Source: an uncultured virus (IMG/VR IMGVR_UViG_3300020048_000046) (Duplodnaviria; Heunggongvirae; Uroviricota; Caudoviricetes). Taken from it: a stretch of 64,000 nucleotides of DNA. Below are positions 1-10,471 of the stretch, piece after piece; position 1 is the first letter of the stretch; every line of letters begins with the position of its first letter. The stretch lies in IMG/VR virus record IMGVR_UViG_3300020048_000046. One strand, written 5' to 3'. The position numbers were made by a program, and so were the translations under genes. Below the pieces are notes generated by a model, which had not been told where the DNA came from, searched no databases, and saw only the letters and a program-made list of their open reading frames with translations.

Positions 1-297
1 ATGTTCAAAATATTTGAAAAAATGGAACTCACAAATGATCGAATAAAACTATTCAATTATAATTTGTCTATTGAGGAATTAGAATATAATATGCAAGAGT
101 TGTGGGGTTTTGAAAAAAATAGAAATATGCATAGATATTGGGTAGAATGTCCAAAATGTACATGTCCAAAATTAGACAACTTAGAAAGTAGAGGTTCAAT
201 ATATAGAATTTATAATTGTGAATGTCTTATTCATGGTAATATCACAAGAAAAATTATTCAGAGAAAAAGAAAATTAGAACGAATTTTATCAAAATAA
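1..297 (+). CDS. Cys-rich phage hypothetical protein (possibly 5'-truncated) with C-terminal RKRKLERIL tag
   Basis: ORF with CPKCTCP and CECLIH motifs; ends RKRKLERILSK. Confidence 0.7.
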   Translation: MFKIFEKMELTNDRIKLFNYNLSIEELEYNMQELWGFEKNRNMHRYWVECPKCTCPKLDNLESRGSIYRIYNCECLIHGNITRKIIQRKRKLERILSK

Positions 298-329
298 TTT
301 GCATATTCAAAAAAAATGTTGTATATTTG
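298..329 (+). promoter_or_regulatory. Bacteroidota sigma-A-type (early) promoter
   Basis: TTTG 298-301, 20-nt spacer, TATATTTG 322-329; matches the -33 TTTG / -7 TAnnTTTG consensus. Confidence 0.8.
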
Positions 330-508
330 TAATATAAATAATCAAAAAAAAGGAAAAAAAGTTATGTTGATACTAATTATGTTAAGCTTTTTCGTTTCAC
401 TTGGGGTTGTATTCGGGTTGGGTTGGATCGTAGATAAAATATTTTTTCGAAATTCAAAACAACCAAATCATGAACATTTCGTATAATTTATAAAAAAAAA
501 CAAAAAAC

Positions 509-694
509 ATGAATATTAAAAAATACTTAAATATGTATTTGTTTAACTTCTTGAAAGAAGTTACTCTTTTAAATAATAAAGCATTCTATGTAGAATATCA
601 AGATGGTACAACATCATTTGATATATTGTTTGAAGGTAGTAAAAAATTACCAAGAAAATCAAAGAAACATATCAGATCCCTATTAATTAAATAA
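509..694 (+). CDS. hypothetical protein
   Basis: 61-aa ORF with A-rich leader. Confidence 0.5.
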   Translation: MNIKKYLNMYLFNFLKEVTLLNNKAFYVEYQDGTTSFDILFEGSKKLPRKSKKHIRSLLIK

Positions 695-735
695 GTGGTC
701 AAATATTTTTAAATTAGTATAAAATTATAAATACA

Positions 736-1236
736 ATGGAAACAACTACTTACATTTTAACAAACAAAGAATTGCCAATTGAAATTCGAGAAAAATTAAA
801 AGATATTTTAGCAGAAATATCTTTTGTTGGATTTGGAGTTTCTAATACTCAAATCACAATAGATATTCAAGAACTACACAAACAATTTGTAATAGGAGAA
901 AATTATAAAATGAGTATAGATGATATTAGCCCCACTTATTTTCACACCGTCATCAAAAAATTACCTCATTCCGAAGGCAGAGTACCATATACATATCATC
1001 ACGATTATTTAAGGATGAATGTGAAAACATTCAATGGGTGTTCAAGAAGCGATGTAGCATCAAATCACATTGAAAATGAGGTTGAATTATATGCTGTTGC
1101 TTTAACTGAATTATTAGATGAACTTAAATTTGGGGATACGATTGATTTGAATAGTGATGATATTGCAGCTTGTAAAAAAGCCATGGATATAACCAAGAAT
1201 GTTGTTAGTCGATATAATTTTGAAGCAAATTCATAA
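736..1236 (+). CDS. hypothetical protein
   Basis: 166-aa ORF in co-directional run. Confidence 0.7.
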   Translation: METTTYILTNKELPIEIREKLKDILAEISFVGFGVSNTQITIDIQELHKQFVIGENYKMSIDDISPTYFHTVIKKLPHSEGRVPYTYHHDYLRMNVKTFNGCSRSDVASNHIENEVELYAVALTELLDELKFGDTIDLNSDDIAACKKAMDITKNVVSRYNFEANS

Positions 1237-1275
1237 TAATTAGCCAGGTTTATTAATAATTAAAATAATTAAAAA

Positions 1276-1485
1276 ATGAATATTTTTGAAATTGTAAAAA
1301 AAATATGGATTGGGGATATTAAATATCAAGCCGGTATATTAAAGAAAAAAAAGCAGATTCTTTTATCCGAATTAGATAAAACATCAGATTTAGTTAAATT
1401 ATTAGAATTAAATTCGGATATAGCTAAAATAGATGATTCATTAAAAAAATTAAGGTTTAAACAATTAATGAAATCTATGTCTTAA
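1276..1485 (+). CDS. hypothetical protein
   Basis: 69-aa ORF; stop overlaps next start (TAATG). Confidence 0.6.
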   Translation: MNIFEIVKKIWIGDIKYQAGILKKKKQILLSELDKTSDLVKLLELNSDIAKIDDSLKKLRFKQLMKSMS

Positions 1486-1817
1486 TGATAGATACTAGTA
1501 TATTAAATAAAATATTAAATATTGGATTTAGTTATGATGATATATCACATACTGAATTGGGAGTATGCAAAACTTATAGTTATTATCCAGAATATTTTAA
1601 GGAAAAACATTATGATCTAGTTTTATTTAAATATCATTATGATCTAAGTGTAGATTATAGATTATATGTGCATAAAAATTCTGATGGTAGTTTTATTTAT
1701 ACACCATTTCAATCTTCGGATATATCTTATGTTGATAAAAAATTGAATGAAATATTCAAATTAGAACTATTAAAACATCAAAGAATAAATAAATTAAATA
1801 GAATATTGGAAGAATAA
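1485..1817 (+). CDS. hypothetical protein, paralogue of 2213..2584, RINKLNRIL tag
   Basis: Shared ILNxILNIGF, YYPxYF, DGSxxxxPFQ and RINKLNRIL motifs. Confidence 0.75.
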   Translation: MIDTSILNKILNIGFSYDDISHTELGVCKTYSYYPEYFKEKHYDLVLFKYHYDLSVDYRLYVHKNSDGSFIYTPFQSSDISYVDKKLNEIFKLELLKHQRINKLNRILEE

Positions 1818-1849
1818 TTTGGATATTCAAAAAATATGTTGTATATTTG
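1818..1849 (+). promoter_or_regulatory. Bacteroidota-type promoter
   Basis: TTTG 1818-1821, N20, TATATTTG 1842-1849. Confidence 0.8.
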
Positions 1850-1876
1850 TAATATAAATCAATAAAACTTAAAAAT

Positions 1877-2158
1877 ATGTGTACAAAAGGAAAATGGATA
1901 ATAGATGGAACACAGATAGTGTCCATATATGGTGAAGATAGTATTTTTTCAAATGAAACTATTTGTGATTTTAATCCGGACACAGAATATCCATCTGTAC
2001 ATGAACGGAACAGCAGCGAATCGTTTGAAAATGCAAAAATTATATGCAAAGCACCACAAATGCACGAAGCAATTAAGGAAATTTTAGAAGAATTTGATGG
2101 TATCGGTGTAATAAACATTGAATGGATTAAAAACAAATTGACACAAGCAATTTTATAA
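1877..2158 (+). CDS. phage hypothetical protein
   Basis: TKGKW...NAKIICKAPQM resembles the common phage TPGPW...ANARLIAAAP type (recalled, not searched). Confidence 0.65.
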   Translation: MCTKGKWIIDGTQIVSIYGEDSIFSNETICDFNPDTEYPSVHERNSSESFENAKIICKAPQMHEAIKEILEEFDGIGVINIEWIKNKLTQAIL

Positions 2159-2212
2159 TTTTATATTTAATATCTAAATAATGACAACAAGCACAATAGA
2201 ACAAGCCGGATT

Positions 2213-2584
2213 ATGGAGTATAATATATTAAATGAAATATTAAATATCGGATTTAAATATATCAATAGTGAAAACACCGAAGTCGGACAAACTATCCAAT
2301 ATAAATATTATCCAAATTATTTTAATGATGTTCATTATACATTAACAATATCAACTGCGTATCCATTTGAATATACTGATTATATATTAAGTATTAATAA
2401 TAATTTTGATGGTAGTATTGTTCGTATTCCATTTCAACTAAAAAATGTAGATAATATTTTTTATGATTTTCAAAATGGACTTAGTATGTTATTTAATACG
2501 AATAACCGATTGAATAAATTATTTGAAAAAGAAATATTACAATATAAAAGAATAAATAAATTAAATAGAATATTGGGAGAATAA
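2213..2584 (+). CDS. hypothetical protein, paralogue of 1485..1817
   Basis: Same shared motifs; ends RINKLNRILGE. Confidence 0.75.
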   Translation: MEYNILNEILNIGFKYINSENTEVGQTIQYKYYPNYFNDVHYTLTISTAYPFEYTDYILSINNNFDGSIVRIPFQLKNVDNIFYDFQNGLSMLFNTNNRLNKLFEKEILQYKRINKLNRILGE

Positions 2585-2616
2585 TTTGGTTATTATAAAA
2601 ATATTTTGTATCTTTG
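2585..2616 (+). promoter_or_regulatory. Bacteroidota-type promoter
   Basis: TTTG 2585-2588, N20, TATCTTTG 2609-2616. Confidence 0.8.
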
Positions 2617-2648
2617 CAAAAAATATACTACAAACAATTAAATAAAAA

Positions 2649-3425
2649 ATGAAAATGAAAAAATTAATGATGATGGCACTAATGATGTGCTTTACAATGG
2701 TATCGTTTGGACAAAATAAAAATCTATCAAAATCTATTGATATTAATGGAATTGGTTTTTTAAAGCTTGGTATGAGTGTCGATAGTGTTATAATTGAAGA
2801 AATTAATATGTGGCGATTATATTGGTATAAAAATACAGAAGGTACAACATATAAACCTCAAATGTCTGACTCTTTGATATTCTCTCTTTTGATAAAGGAT
2901 AGATTATCATGTGAAATTATTTCAGACACATCCTTTAATGCTATTATTCATTGGTCTACATTAGATATAAATGGATTGTTTCATTATTTTGGCGAAGGTT
3001 CTCTAGATAAAAGAGTTAGATGCTTTCATATTGATGAAATTAAATTAGCAGAAACTATAATAGTTCATGACATTTATTTGAGGTTTTTTGACAATAAATT
3101 ATATAAAATCGATATTAATGAAAGTTTAAACGAAATTTTAACGATAAAATATGGTACCCCAACAACAATAGTAAAAAAATCAAATTCAAAAGGATATAAA
3201 GTAATTGAAACTTATTATACTTGGCTAACAACAAATGATAATATAATCATGGTTACAAATTTTTTGTCAGTGTATCCAAATGGAGATCAATGTTCTAATA
3301 AAAAAACAACATCATTATATAATAAAGAAATATATAATAATGTAACATTTCAAGAAAAAAATATATTAGATAAAGCAAAAAAACAGCTAGATGCAAATAA
3401 AAGAAAAGATGCAAACAAATTATAA
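2649..3425 (+). CDS. putative exported protein
   Basis: Signal-peptide-like N-terminus MKKLMMMALMMCFTMVSFG|Q (Gln at +1, typical of Bacteroidota). Confidence 0.65.
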   Translation: MKMKKLMMMALMMCFTMVSFGQNKNLSKSIDINGIGFLKLGMSVDSVIIEEINMWRLYWYKNTEGTTYKPQMSDSLIFSLLIKDRLSCEIISDTSFNAIIHWSTLDINGLFHYFGEGSLDKRVRCFHIDEIKLAETIIVHDIYLRFFDNKLYKIDINESLNEILTIKYGTPTTIVKKSNSKGYKVIETYYTWLTTNDNIIMVTNFLSVYPNGDQCSNKKTTSLYNKEIYNNVTFQEKNILDKAKKQLDANKRKDANKL

Positions 3426-3450
3426 ACAACAATAAAACATTAAAAAACAT

Positions 3451-3903
3451 ATGTGGTATAATGAAGATAAATTTATTGTAAGAATTGGAAACAACACTTA
3501 CGAAAATGTTCCAAATATAATAGTATATAAGGGTGATAATATATTTACTATAAATAGAGCAGAAAGTACCGAATTATTAGGAATTAATTTTGATATATTT
3601 GATGATATTGGTGTAAAAGTGGCTACTATTAAACAAGGTAGAATATATAATGGTAGAAAAAAGTCATATGAAATTACAATTAATCGGGATCAATATTTAT
3701 TAAAAGAGAAAAAATCCGGGCGTATAATATGTGATATAAAAAAGAGAATTCTTGCAGACGGAGTAGAACTGGATATAACTGTTTCGTTATATACAAAAGA
3801 TAGATTTTTAATTGATGCAACCCCAGAAAAAACTAATATTGGTGGGTTGAAAATAACCGGATGCCACTTTTCGAATTGTGATTCTGGTATTGTAATTAAT
3901 TAA
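3451..3903 (+). CDS. hypothetical protein
   Basis: 150-aa ORF. Confidence 0.65.
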   Translation: MWYNEDKFIVRIGNNTYENVPNIIVYKGDNIFTINRAESTELLGINFDIFDDIGVKVATIKQGRIYNGRKKSYEITINRDQYLLKEKKSGRIICDIKKRILADGVELDITVSLYTKDRFLIDATPEKTNIGGLKITGCHFSNCDSGIVIN

Positions 3904-3904
3904 A

Positions 3905-3958
3905 TATTATTATTCGAGAAAGATTAATATTTCTATCAATCTTTCTCGAATAATAATA
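3905..3958. repeat. long inverted repeat (21-bp perfect arms), possible terminator
   Basis: tattattattcgagaaagatt (3905-3925) / aatctttctcgaataataata (3938-3958). Confidence 0.75.
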
Positions 3959-4408
3959 ACAGTTTTATAATAAATAATACTATATCTATAATTGTATCCG
4001 ATATGTGAAAATATTTATTATTTAATTTTTTAATTATTCTACATAATAATTTAAATGAAATTGAGATAAGATAGTTGTTAACATTTTTTAATAATTATTT
4101 TTTAAGGTTGGAATTTTATATTCCTCTCTATATTAATTATAACAAAATTTTATATAATTATTACTTTTTCATTATAATATAAAACAGACTATAAATAATT
4201 TAAGCTCATCCGTTTTTTTATTATGCTTTTTTTATATCCAATATAACAGTAAATAATTATTCTAAAAAAATATGGAAATCAAATAAGTNNNNNNNNNNCT
4301 GATCACCTGAGTGCGGATTATGTATATGCAGTAAAAAAATATGGAAATCAAATAAGTAAAAATGTTTTTGGGCTACCTTCTTACAATACATAAAAGAAAA
4401 ATAACGTT

Positions 4409-4714
4409 ATGTAAAAACATAAATTAGAATTTAATAATGAAGATATTAAAATTGAAACTCCTGATGGATTTGAATTAAAATATAGTAATAATAGTGGGTT
4501 AAAAATTGGAGGTATATCAACAGATATAGAATTGGCTATTCTAATTTTGTTAGAAAATACAAAAGAAGGTCAGTTAAAAATTAAAGAACAAAATGATACT
4601 GACAATATAAAACCCGGAATTAGTGTTATGCAATTAGTACAATGTGAAGGTATTTTAAAAAATATTTTAGAAAATGGGAAAAAAATCCAAGTAAAAATAA
4701 CAAGAATTAAATAG
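4409..4714 (+). pseudogene. hypothetical gene with stop at codon 2
   Basis: ATG 4409 followed by TAA, then an open frame (KHKLEFNNEDIK...) continuous with ORF 4532..4714. Confidence 0.45.
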
Positions 4715-4771
4715 TTAGGTTAAACAAGCATATAGTTCCCTAAAAATAATATAATTTAATAAAAAAAAGTT

Positions 4772-5086
4772 ATGAATCAAATAAATGGAAAAAGAATTGA
4801 AGATTCTAAAATAAAGATAGTTTTTAACGAATCTGATGTAGAAATTATTAATGACGTGGTGATTTATTATAAACGTGAAAAAAATATAAACAATGGGAGA
4901 TTTGAATATTATTTAGAAATTTTAAATATTCATGATTATTTTAATATTTTTCAAAAAAGAAATTCAAATATTTTAGAATTAGTGTTTGATATTATCATTA
5001 ACTTCCAAAATATTGAACATAAACTTAACAGATGCGGTTTTATTGACTCAAATGGATGTGAAATGAATGTTTTTAACATTAGCTAA
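4772..5086 (+). CDS. hypothetical protein
   Basis: 104-aa ORF. Confidence 0.55.
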   Translation: MNQINGKRIEDSKIKIVFNESDVEIINDVVIYYKREKNINNGRFEYYLEILNIHDYFNIFQKRNSNILELVFDIIINFQNIEHKLNRCGFIDSNGCEMNVFNIS

Positions 5087-5092
5087 ATTAAA

Positions 5093-5875
5093 ATGAAAAA
5101 AGGAATTTATATTTCATATGATGATGCTAAGATTTTTGTTTGTAAACAAAATTTAAAAAGTATAAAAGATTGGGGTGAATATAGTAAGTCTGGTAATAAA
5201 CCAAATAATATACCTAACGACCCATATGCTGTATACAAAAGAGATGGTAGTTGGGTTGATTGGGGGGATTTTCTTGGTAGTGGTAATGTCGCACATTTTA
5301 ATAAAGTGTATAAAACTTTTGATGATTGTAAAAAATTCGTATCTAATTTAGGTATAACTAGTTTTGAAAAATGGAAAGAATATTGTAAATCTGGCAACAA
5401 ACCAGATGATATACCAAATACTCCTAACAATTCGTATAAAAACAATGGTTGGATTAGTTGGGCTGATTTTTTAGGTTCTAAAAATAAAAAAGGTGGTTGG
5501 CTATCATTTGATGAAGCAAAACAGTATGTACAAAAACTTGAAATAAAAACATCTTTCAAGTGGAAAGAATATTGCAAATCTGGTAGCAAACCAGACAGTA
5601 TGCCTAACAACCCATGTAGTGTATATAAAAACAACGGTTGGATTAGTTGGTCAGACTTTCTTGGTAGTGGTGTAACAGCTAATCAATATAATGTTTATAA
5701 ATCATTTGAAGATGCCAAAAAAATTGTCAATAGCTTAAATTTAAAAAATTTAAGAGAGTGGGAAAAATATTGTAAATCTGGTAATAAACCAGAGGATATA
5801 CCAATATGTCCAAATATAGTGTATAAAAACAAAGGTTGGGTTNNNNNNNNNNACCAGCGATTTTTTAGGTTCTAA
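5093..5875 (+). CDS. N-terminal part of repeat protein (phage-integrase-repeat-like units), broken by N gap
   Basis: Tandem units EAKxFV..L....W..YCKSGNKPxxIPxxP..xYKxxGWxxWxDFLG; continues after gap at 5843-5852. Confidence 0.75.
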   Translation: MKKGIYISYDDAKIFVCKQNLKSIKDWGEYSKSGNKPNNIPNDPYAVYKRDGSWVDWGDFLGSGNVAHFNKVYKTFDDCKKFVSNLGITSFEKWKEYCKSGNKPDDIPNTPNNSYKNNGWISWADFLGSKNKKGGWLSFDEAKQYVQKLEIKTSFKWKEYCKSGSKPDSMPNNPCSVYKNNGWISWSDFLGSGVTANQYNVYKSFEDAKKIVNSLNLKNLREWEKYCKSGNKPEDIPICPNIVYKNKGWVXXXXQRFFRF

Positions 5876-5921
5876 AAATAAAAAAGGCGGTTGGATATCA
5901 TTTGAAGATGCAAAACAGTAT

Positions 5922-8849
5922 GTGCAAAAATTTGGTTTAAACTCTCAAAGCGATTGGTTTGTATTTTTAAATTCAAATAATAAGCCAGATAATATACCTA
6001 ATGACCCATATACTTATTATAAAAACAAAGGTTGGGTTAGTTGGGGTGATTTTCTTGGTAGCGGTATTGTTGCTACATATAAAAAAAAATTTATTACATA
6101 TAATGAAGCAAAAAGCTTTGTAAAAAAAATGAATCTCAAATCAAAAACAGAATGGGAAGAATATTGTAAATATGGCAATAAACCAGAAAATATTTCAGTA
6201 GACCCTTCACAAACATATAAAAATGAATGGAATGGTTGGGCTGATTTTCTTGGTTATCTCGGAAATGGTAATTCTTGGAATAAAAAAGCTTTAATCTCAT
6301 ATTTAGAGCAAATTAAAGACTATTTACATGTTTGTAATATCCCACAACTAATGACAATTATTGAATCTAATGGGCTATTTAATTATCTTACAAAAGAAAA
6401 AATAAAGAAAATTCAAGATACAAAACCTAACTCACCAGAGCGTAAAACAATTATTGATGAACTCACCAAAGAGATTACTTCTCAGCAATCAGAAGAATTA
6501 GAAATTGTTAATGACACAATCAAAGATATTACAGATACAGAAGTAAGTGATATTATTAATGGGACACCAGAAGCAACTGATGATTGCTCTGATAATACAG
6601 AAGTTCGTGAAAAAGAATTAAGGTCTTTGGATAATACTATTATTACTGCTTCCTTGGATGATGAGCGAGTTAAGTTTTTAATGTCAGATTTCATTAACAA
6701 TTTATGGTATGATGTATTAAACCATAAATTGGATGTTAGTAGAATTAAAAGTTTAGAATTTGAAACCGATTTACCAGAAATAATCAAAGAACAATTCATT
6801 GTAGAGTATGATACGGTTAATAATTTACCATTACCAAAAGGTTGGACATATCAATATGAACCACTTCTTATGCAGAAGCTGATTACACATAGATTAGCCG
6901 AACATAGAAGATATGGAAATTGGTCTGGTGTTGGTGCTGGAAAAACTATTGGGGCTATTTTGGCTGGTCGTCACGTTGGTGCTAAAAATACTTTGATTAT
7001 TACTTTTAATTCTACCATTGGAGAAGAAGATAAACGTGGTTGGTCAAAAGAAATCAGAGACTCTTTTAAAGATTCGAAGATTTATACCAAAATTAATAAA
7101 CATGTTACATTTGACAATAACCATAACAACTACTTAATTCTTAATTATGAAACATTTCAACAAAAAGGTTCCGCTAATTATGTTATTGACCTATTGGAAA
7201 GAAATAAGTTTGATTATATTATTTTAGATGAAGTACAAAGTGTTAAACAAACTGGTAATGATGAAAGCAAACGTAGAGAAGTGATATTTGGTCTGATTGG
7301 TAAAGTTCGTGAATTAAATCCAGATTATTACTTGTTAGCTATGTCTGCAACACCAGTAATCAATAACCTTACCGAAGCTAAATCCCTCGTAGAATTGATT
7401 GAATTTAGTCAATTAGATGATGTGAACACAAGACCAAATGTACCTAACTGTATTGAGTTATTCAGACGATTAACCAATTGTGGTATTAGACATAAAAACA
7501 TTGAAGATAACATTTTAATAGATAATCAATACACTTTGGTGGATATCGATGCTGATATGTTGCTTGATGAAGCCGAATTAGTACGTTCAGACGATTTTCT
7601 TTCAAAAGACAAGTTAGTACTTGATGCAAAATTAGAAGCTATTAGACCTTATATAAATAGCTCAGAAGGCAAAACAGTTATTTACACTTATTATGTAGAT
7701 GGTATTGAAGATTATGTCTATAACTATTTAACAAATCTTGGATATAAAGTTGGTGTTTACACAGGTAGCTCAAGTAAATTGAGTAGAGAATCAACGCTAT
7801 CTGAATTCATATATGGTAAATATGATGTGTTGTTAGGTTCTAAACCAATAAGTACTGGAGTTGATGGGCTACAGTTTATTTCAGATAGAATCATTATTTT
7901 ATCATTGCCTTGGACAAATGCTGAATTAGTTCAATTGGTTGGTCGTGTAAATAGAAAAGGTTCTAAATTTAAACAAAAGGGTGTTGACGTAATTATTCCA
8001 CTTGTTTCAATAACTGGTGGTAATCGTTCATTTAAATGGGATTTACATAAATACAACACAGTAACATACAAGGCAACTATTGCTAATGCTGCGGTTGATG
8101 GCATAATTCCAGATAAATTGATGCCATCTAAGGAAAAATTCATTAATGATGCTAATGATAACTTACCAGAGTGGATTGAACGTCTTAAAAATGGTGATGT
8201 GTTAACAGTTAATCGGAAAGAGTTAGAAGTTAGGTTATATCCAGATATTGATGATGAAGAAATTCGTAGAAATATGATTAATTCAGAGTTGTCAGAATTC
8301 AATAGAATGGGTAAAACAACCAAATCATCTACAATGAATAAAAAGTTTAATGATGACCCAGAATCTTGGCATCGTTACCATAAACTTCGTAGAGAATCTA
8401 TGAAAGATTGGGGCGAAATCCCATACAAAGTAATAGCTAATAACATTTTATATGAAAGTGATGAAGTTATTGATTTTGGCTGTGGTGATAATCAATTCAA
8501 GTTGGAAATTCCAAACAACAAAGTAACATCTGTTGACCACGTTGCTTGTGATGATTTAGTTATTGCATGTGATATGTGTGATTTGTCAAATTATGTTGCT
8601 AACGAATCTCACGATGTCGCTGTGTTTAGTTTATCTCTTTGGGGTACAAACTACAAGGATTATCTTAACGAAGCCTATAGAATATTGAGAAGAAAAGGGT
8701 TTATTTACATTGCCGAACCAAGCAAACACTATGAAACAATTGAAGAACAAAACAATTTAAAAGAATTACTTATAGAAGCTGGATTTAAAGTTGTTGGTAA
8801 TATTGATGTAAGAGAAAAATTTATTTATATAACTGGAATAAAAATATAA
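5922..8849 (+). CDS. repeat + SF2 helicase/ATPase + SAM-dependent methyltransferase fusion (probably one gene from 5093)
   Basis: GVGAGKT (Walker A), ILDEVQ (DExx), SAT, TGVDGL, QLVGRVNRKG; C-terminal IDFGCG...VFSLSLWGTN...EAYRIL...G.IYIAE resembling Rrp8-type methyltransferases. Confidence 0.8.
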   Translation: MQKFGLNSQSDWFVFLNSNNKPDNIPNDPYTYYKNKGWVSWGDFLGSGIVATYKKKFITYNEAKSFVKKMNLKSKTEWEEYCKYGNKPENISVDPSQTYKNEWNGWADFLGYLGNGNSWNKKALISYLEQIKDYLHVCNIPQLMTIIESNGLFNYLTKEKIKKIQDTKPNSPERKTIIDELTKEITSQQSEELEIVNDTIKDITDTEVSDIINGTPEATDDCSDNTEVREKELRSLDNTIITASLDDERVKFLMSDFINNLWYDVLNHKLDVSRIKSLEFETDLPEIIKEQFIVEYDTVNNLPLPKGWTYQYEPLLMQKLITHRLAEHRRYGNWSGVGAGKTIGAILAGRHVGAKNTLIITFNSTIGEEDKRGWSKEIRDSFKDSKIYTKINKHVTFDNNHNNYLILNYETFQQKGSANYVIDLLERNKFDYIILDEVQSVKQTGNDESKRREVIFGLIGKVRELNPDYYLLAMSATPVINNLTEAKSLVELIEFSQLDDVNTRPNVPNCIELFRRLTNCGIRHKNIEDNILIDNQYTLVDIDADMLLDEAELVRSDDFLSKDKLVLDAKLEAIRPYINSSEGKTVIYTYYVDGIEDYVYNYLTNLGYKVGVYTGSSSKLSRESTLSEFIYGKYDVLLGSKPISTGVDGLQFISDRIIILSLPWTNAELVQLVGRVNRKGSKFKQKGVDVIIPLVSITGGNRSFKWDLHKYNTVTYKATIANAAVDGIIPDKLMPSKEKFINDANDNLPEWIERLKNGDVLTVNRKELEVRLYPDIDDEEIRRNMINSELSEFNRMGKTTKSSTMNKKFNDDPESWHRYHKLRRESMKDWGEIPYKVIANNILYESDEVIDFGCGDNQFKLEIPNNKVTSVDHVACDDLVIACDMCDLSNYVANESHDVAVFSLSLWGTNYKDYLNEAYRILRRKGFIYIAEPSKHYETIEEQNNLKELLIEAGFKVVGNIDVREKFIYITGIKI

Positions 8850-8955
8850 AAAATAATACTTGCTTAATTTAAAAAATAAATGTACCGTTGCGGATGAATT
8901 TTAATTAGGTATCCAAGTATATAGTCCTAAATTAAATATAATATTGGAAGAATAA

Positions 8956-8987
8956 TTTGGATATTCAAAAAAATAGTTGTATATTTG
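8956..8987 (+). promoter_or_regulatory. Bacteroidota-type promoter
   Basis: TTTG 8956-8959, N20, TATATTTG 8980-8987. Confidence 0.8.
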
Positions 8988-9023
8988 TATTCTAATTAAC
9001 ATATAAATCAAAAAACAAAAATT

Positions 9024-10208
9024 ATGAAAACTTTTAAACATAAAAACATTTTTGTATTGTTTACAATGCTTTTTGCTGGGTTAAATGTATTTTCTCAAAA
9101 TGATGTTATAAAAAACATTGTAATATCTAATGTAAAAAAAACAATGTATTTGCCAGAAACATTTAATTTGAAAAAATTTGAAATATTAAATGTAACAAAA
9201 ACATATACTGATAAACAACAGATTTTAATTGATAACTTTCAATCTGATTCTTTATATTTAATAGAGTTAAATAATGAACTGATTAAATTAAATGAGTCGT
9301 TATTAAATGTGAAAAAAATAAATACCGATTCAATAATAGCTAAAGATGTTGAAGATTCTTTGTTAAATTTAAAAGAAATGTGTAAATATAAATTAAGCCT
9401 TTATTTATCAAATATTTTAGAGTTTGAAAATTATTGCCCATCAGATAAGTTAATTGCTATCAATGTTGATTCGTTAAAGATTTTAAATGAACAATTAAAG
9501 TTTTATTGTAATAAAGAAAAAGAGATATTATATAATATAGGGAAATCATCTAGGAATTATAGTCCATGTCTTTTTATAATTAGTCCTATTTCATTATTTT
9601 TTTTCATTTCGGATGGAATTGCTTCAAAAAAAGAACATAAAAAATTAACAACATGTAATGAAAATATTTTCAAATTAACAACTTTAATATATAATAAAGA
9701 AATGGAATTAACACAATTAGCCGTAGAAACAGCAACAGAAGATTTTTTTAATAAAAAACCAAAAAAAATATTAAAATCAATACAATACTCTTGTTTTTCT
9801 AATAAATATAATATTGATGAAGGTGGTTCTAGTTATAAAAAAGTTGAATTAGATAAAAAATATAAAGAATTTTTAGATACTAATGCTTTTTTTATTGCTA
9901 AATTAAATACTCTAACTGATTCAATAAAAGAGATAATAAAATTACGTGTAAAAGTTAAAATAGAATCAAATGTAAACAAAAAAATAGATGAAATTGTCAA
10001 CAATATACAAGAAAAAAACATATTAATAAACAATATTTCAAAGAAAACAATAACCCCAAATTATAAAAAAATAGAAACAGAATATTATGTAAGAATAGTT
10101 TATTTGTGTAAAGCTCCAAATGGAATGGGTGAAATAAAAAGTTGGTGTTTAGATAAGACTTTTACATATTGTGTTGTAAGTAAAAAACTAATACCGAATG
10201 AAGAATAG
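9024..10208 (+). CDS. putative exported/membrane coiled-coil protein
   Basis: Signal-like IFVLFTMLFAGLNVFS|Q and an internal hydrophobic segment. Confidence 0.6.
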   Translation: MKTFKHKNIFVLFTMLFAGLNVFSQNDVIKNIVISNVKKTMYLPETFNLKKFEILNVTKTYTDKQQILIDNFQSDSLYLIELNNELIKLNESLLNVKKINTDSIIAKDVEDSLLNLKEMCKYKLSLYLSNILEFENYCPSDKLIAINVDSLKILNEQLKFYCNKEKEILYNIGKSSRNYSPCLFIISPISLFFFISDGIASKKEHKKLTTCNENIFKLTTLIYNKEMELTQLAVETATEDFFNKKPKKILKSIQYSCFSNKYNIDEGGSSYKKVELDKKYKEFLDTNAFFIAKLNTLTDSIKEIIKLRVKVKIESNVNKKIDEIVNNIQEKNILINNISKKTITPNYKKIETEYYVRIVYLCKAPNGMGEIKSWCLDKTFTYCVVSKKLIPNEE

Positions 10209-10471
10209 ACATCATTTTCAATGGATTTGCTTTATACATATGTTGTGGGTTAATAAAAAATCGTTTTATGGTATTATATTTATTGTGTTTATGCTGAAAT
10301 AATCCCCAATTTATCACATAATTAAATTTGTGTGTATGAAACTATAATTTTGGATGAAACGTGCCAATCATAAAAACATTAAATTATAAAGCAATTATAA
10401 ATCCATAAAACTTAAAAACTTGATATTTCAAAAATTAATATTACATTTATAAAAATAAAAAATTAAAGATT

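Noticed and set aside
4264..4357. 25-nt direct repeat aaaaaaatatggaaatcaaataagt
   Set aside because: Copies flank an N gap; most likely a scaffolding overlap artefact
5093..5875. Integrase or prophage call from the integrase-repeat-like units
   Set aside because: The repeats carry no tyrosine or serine recombinase catalytic motifs and no att sites are evident
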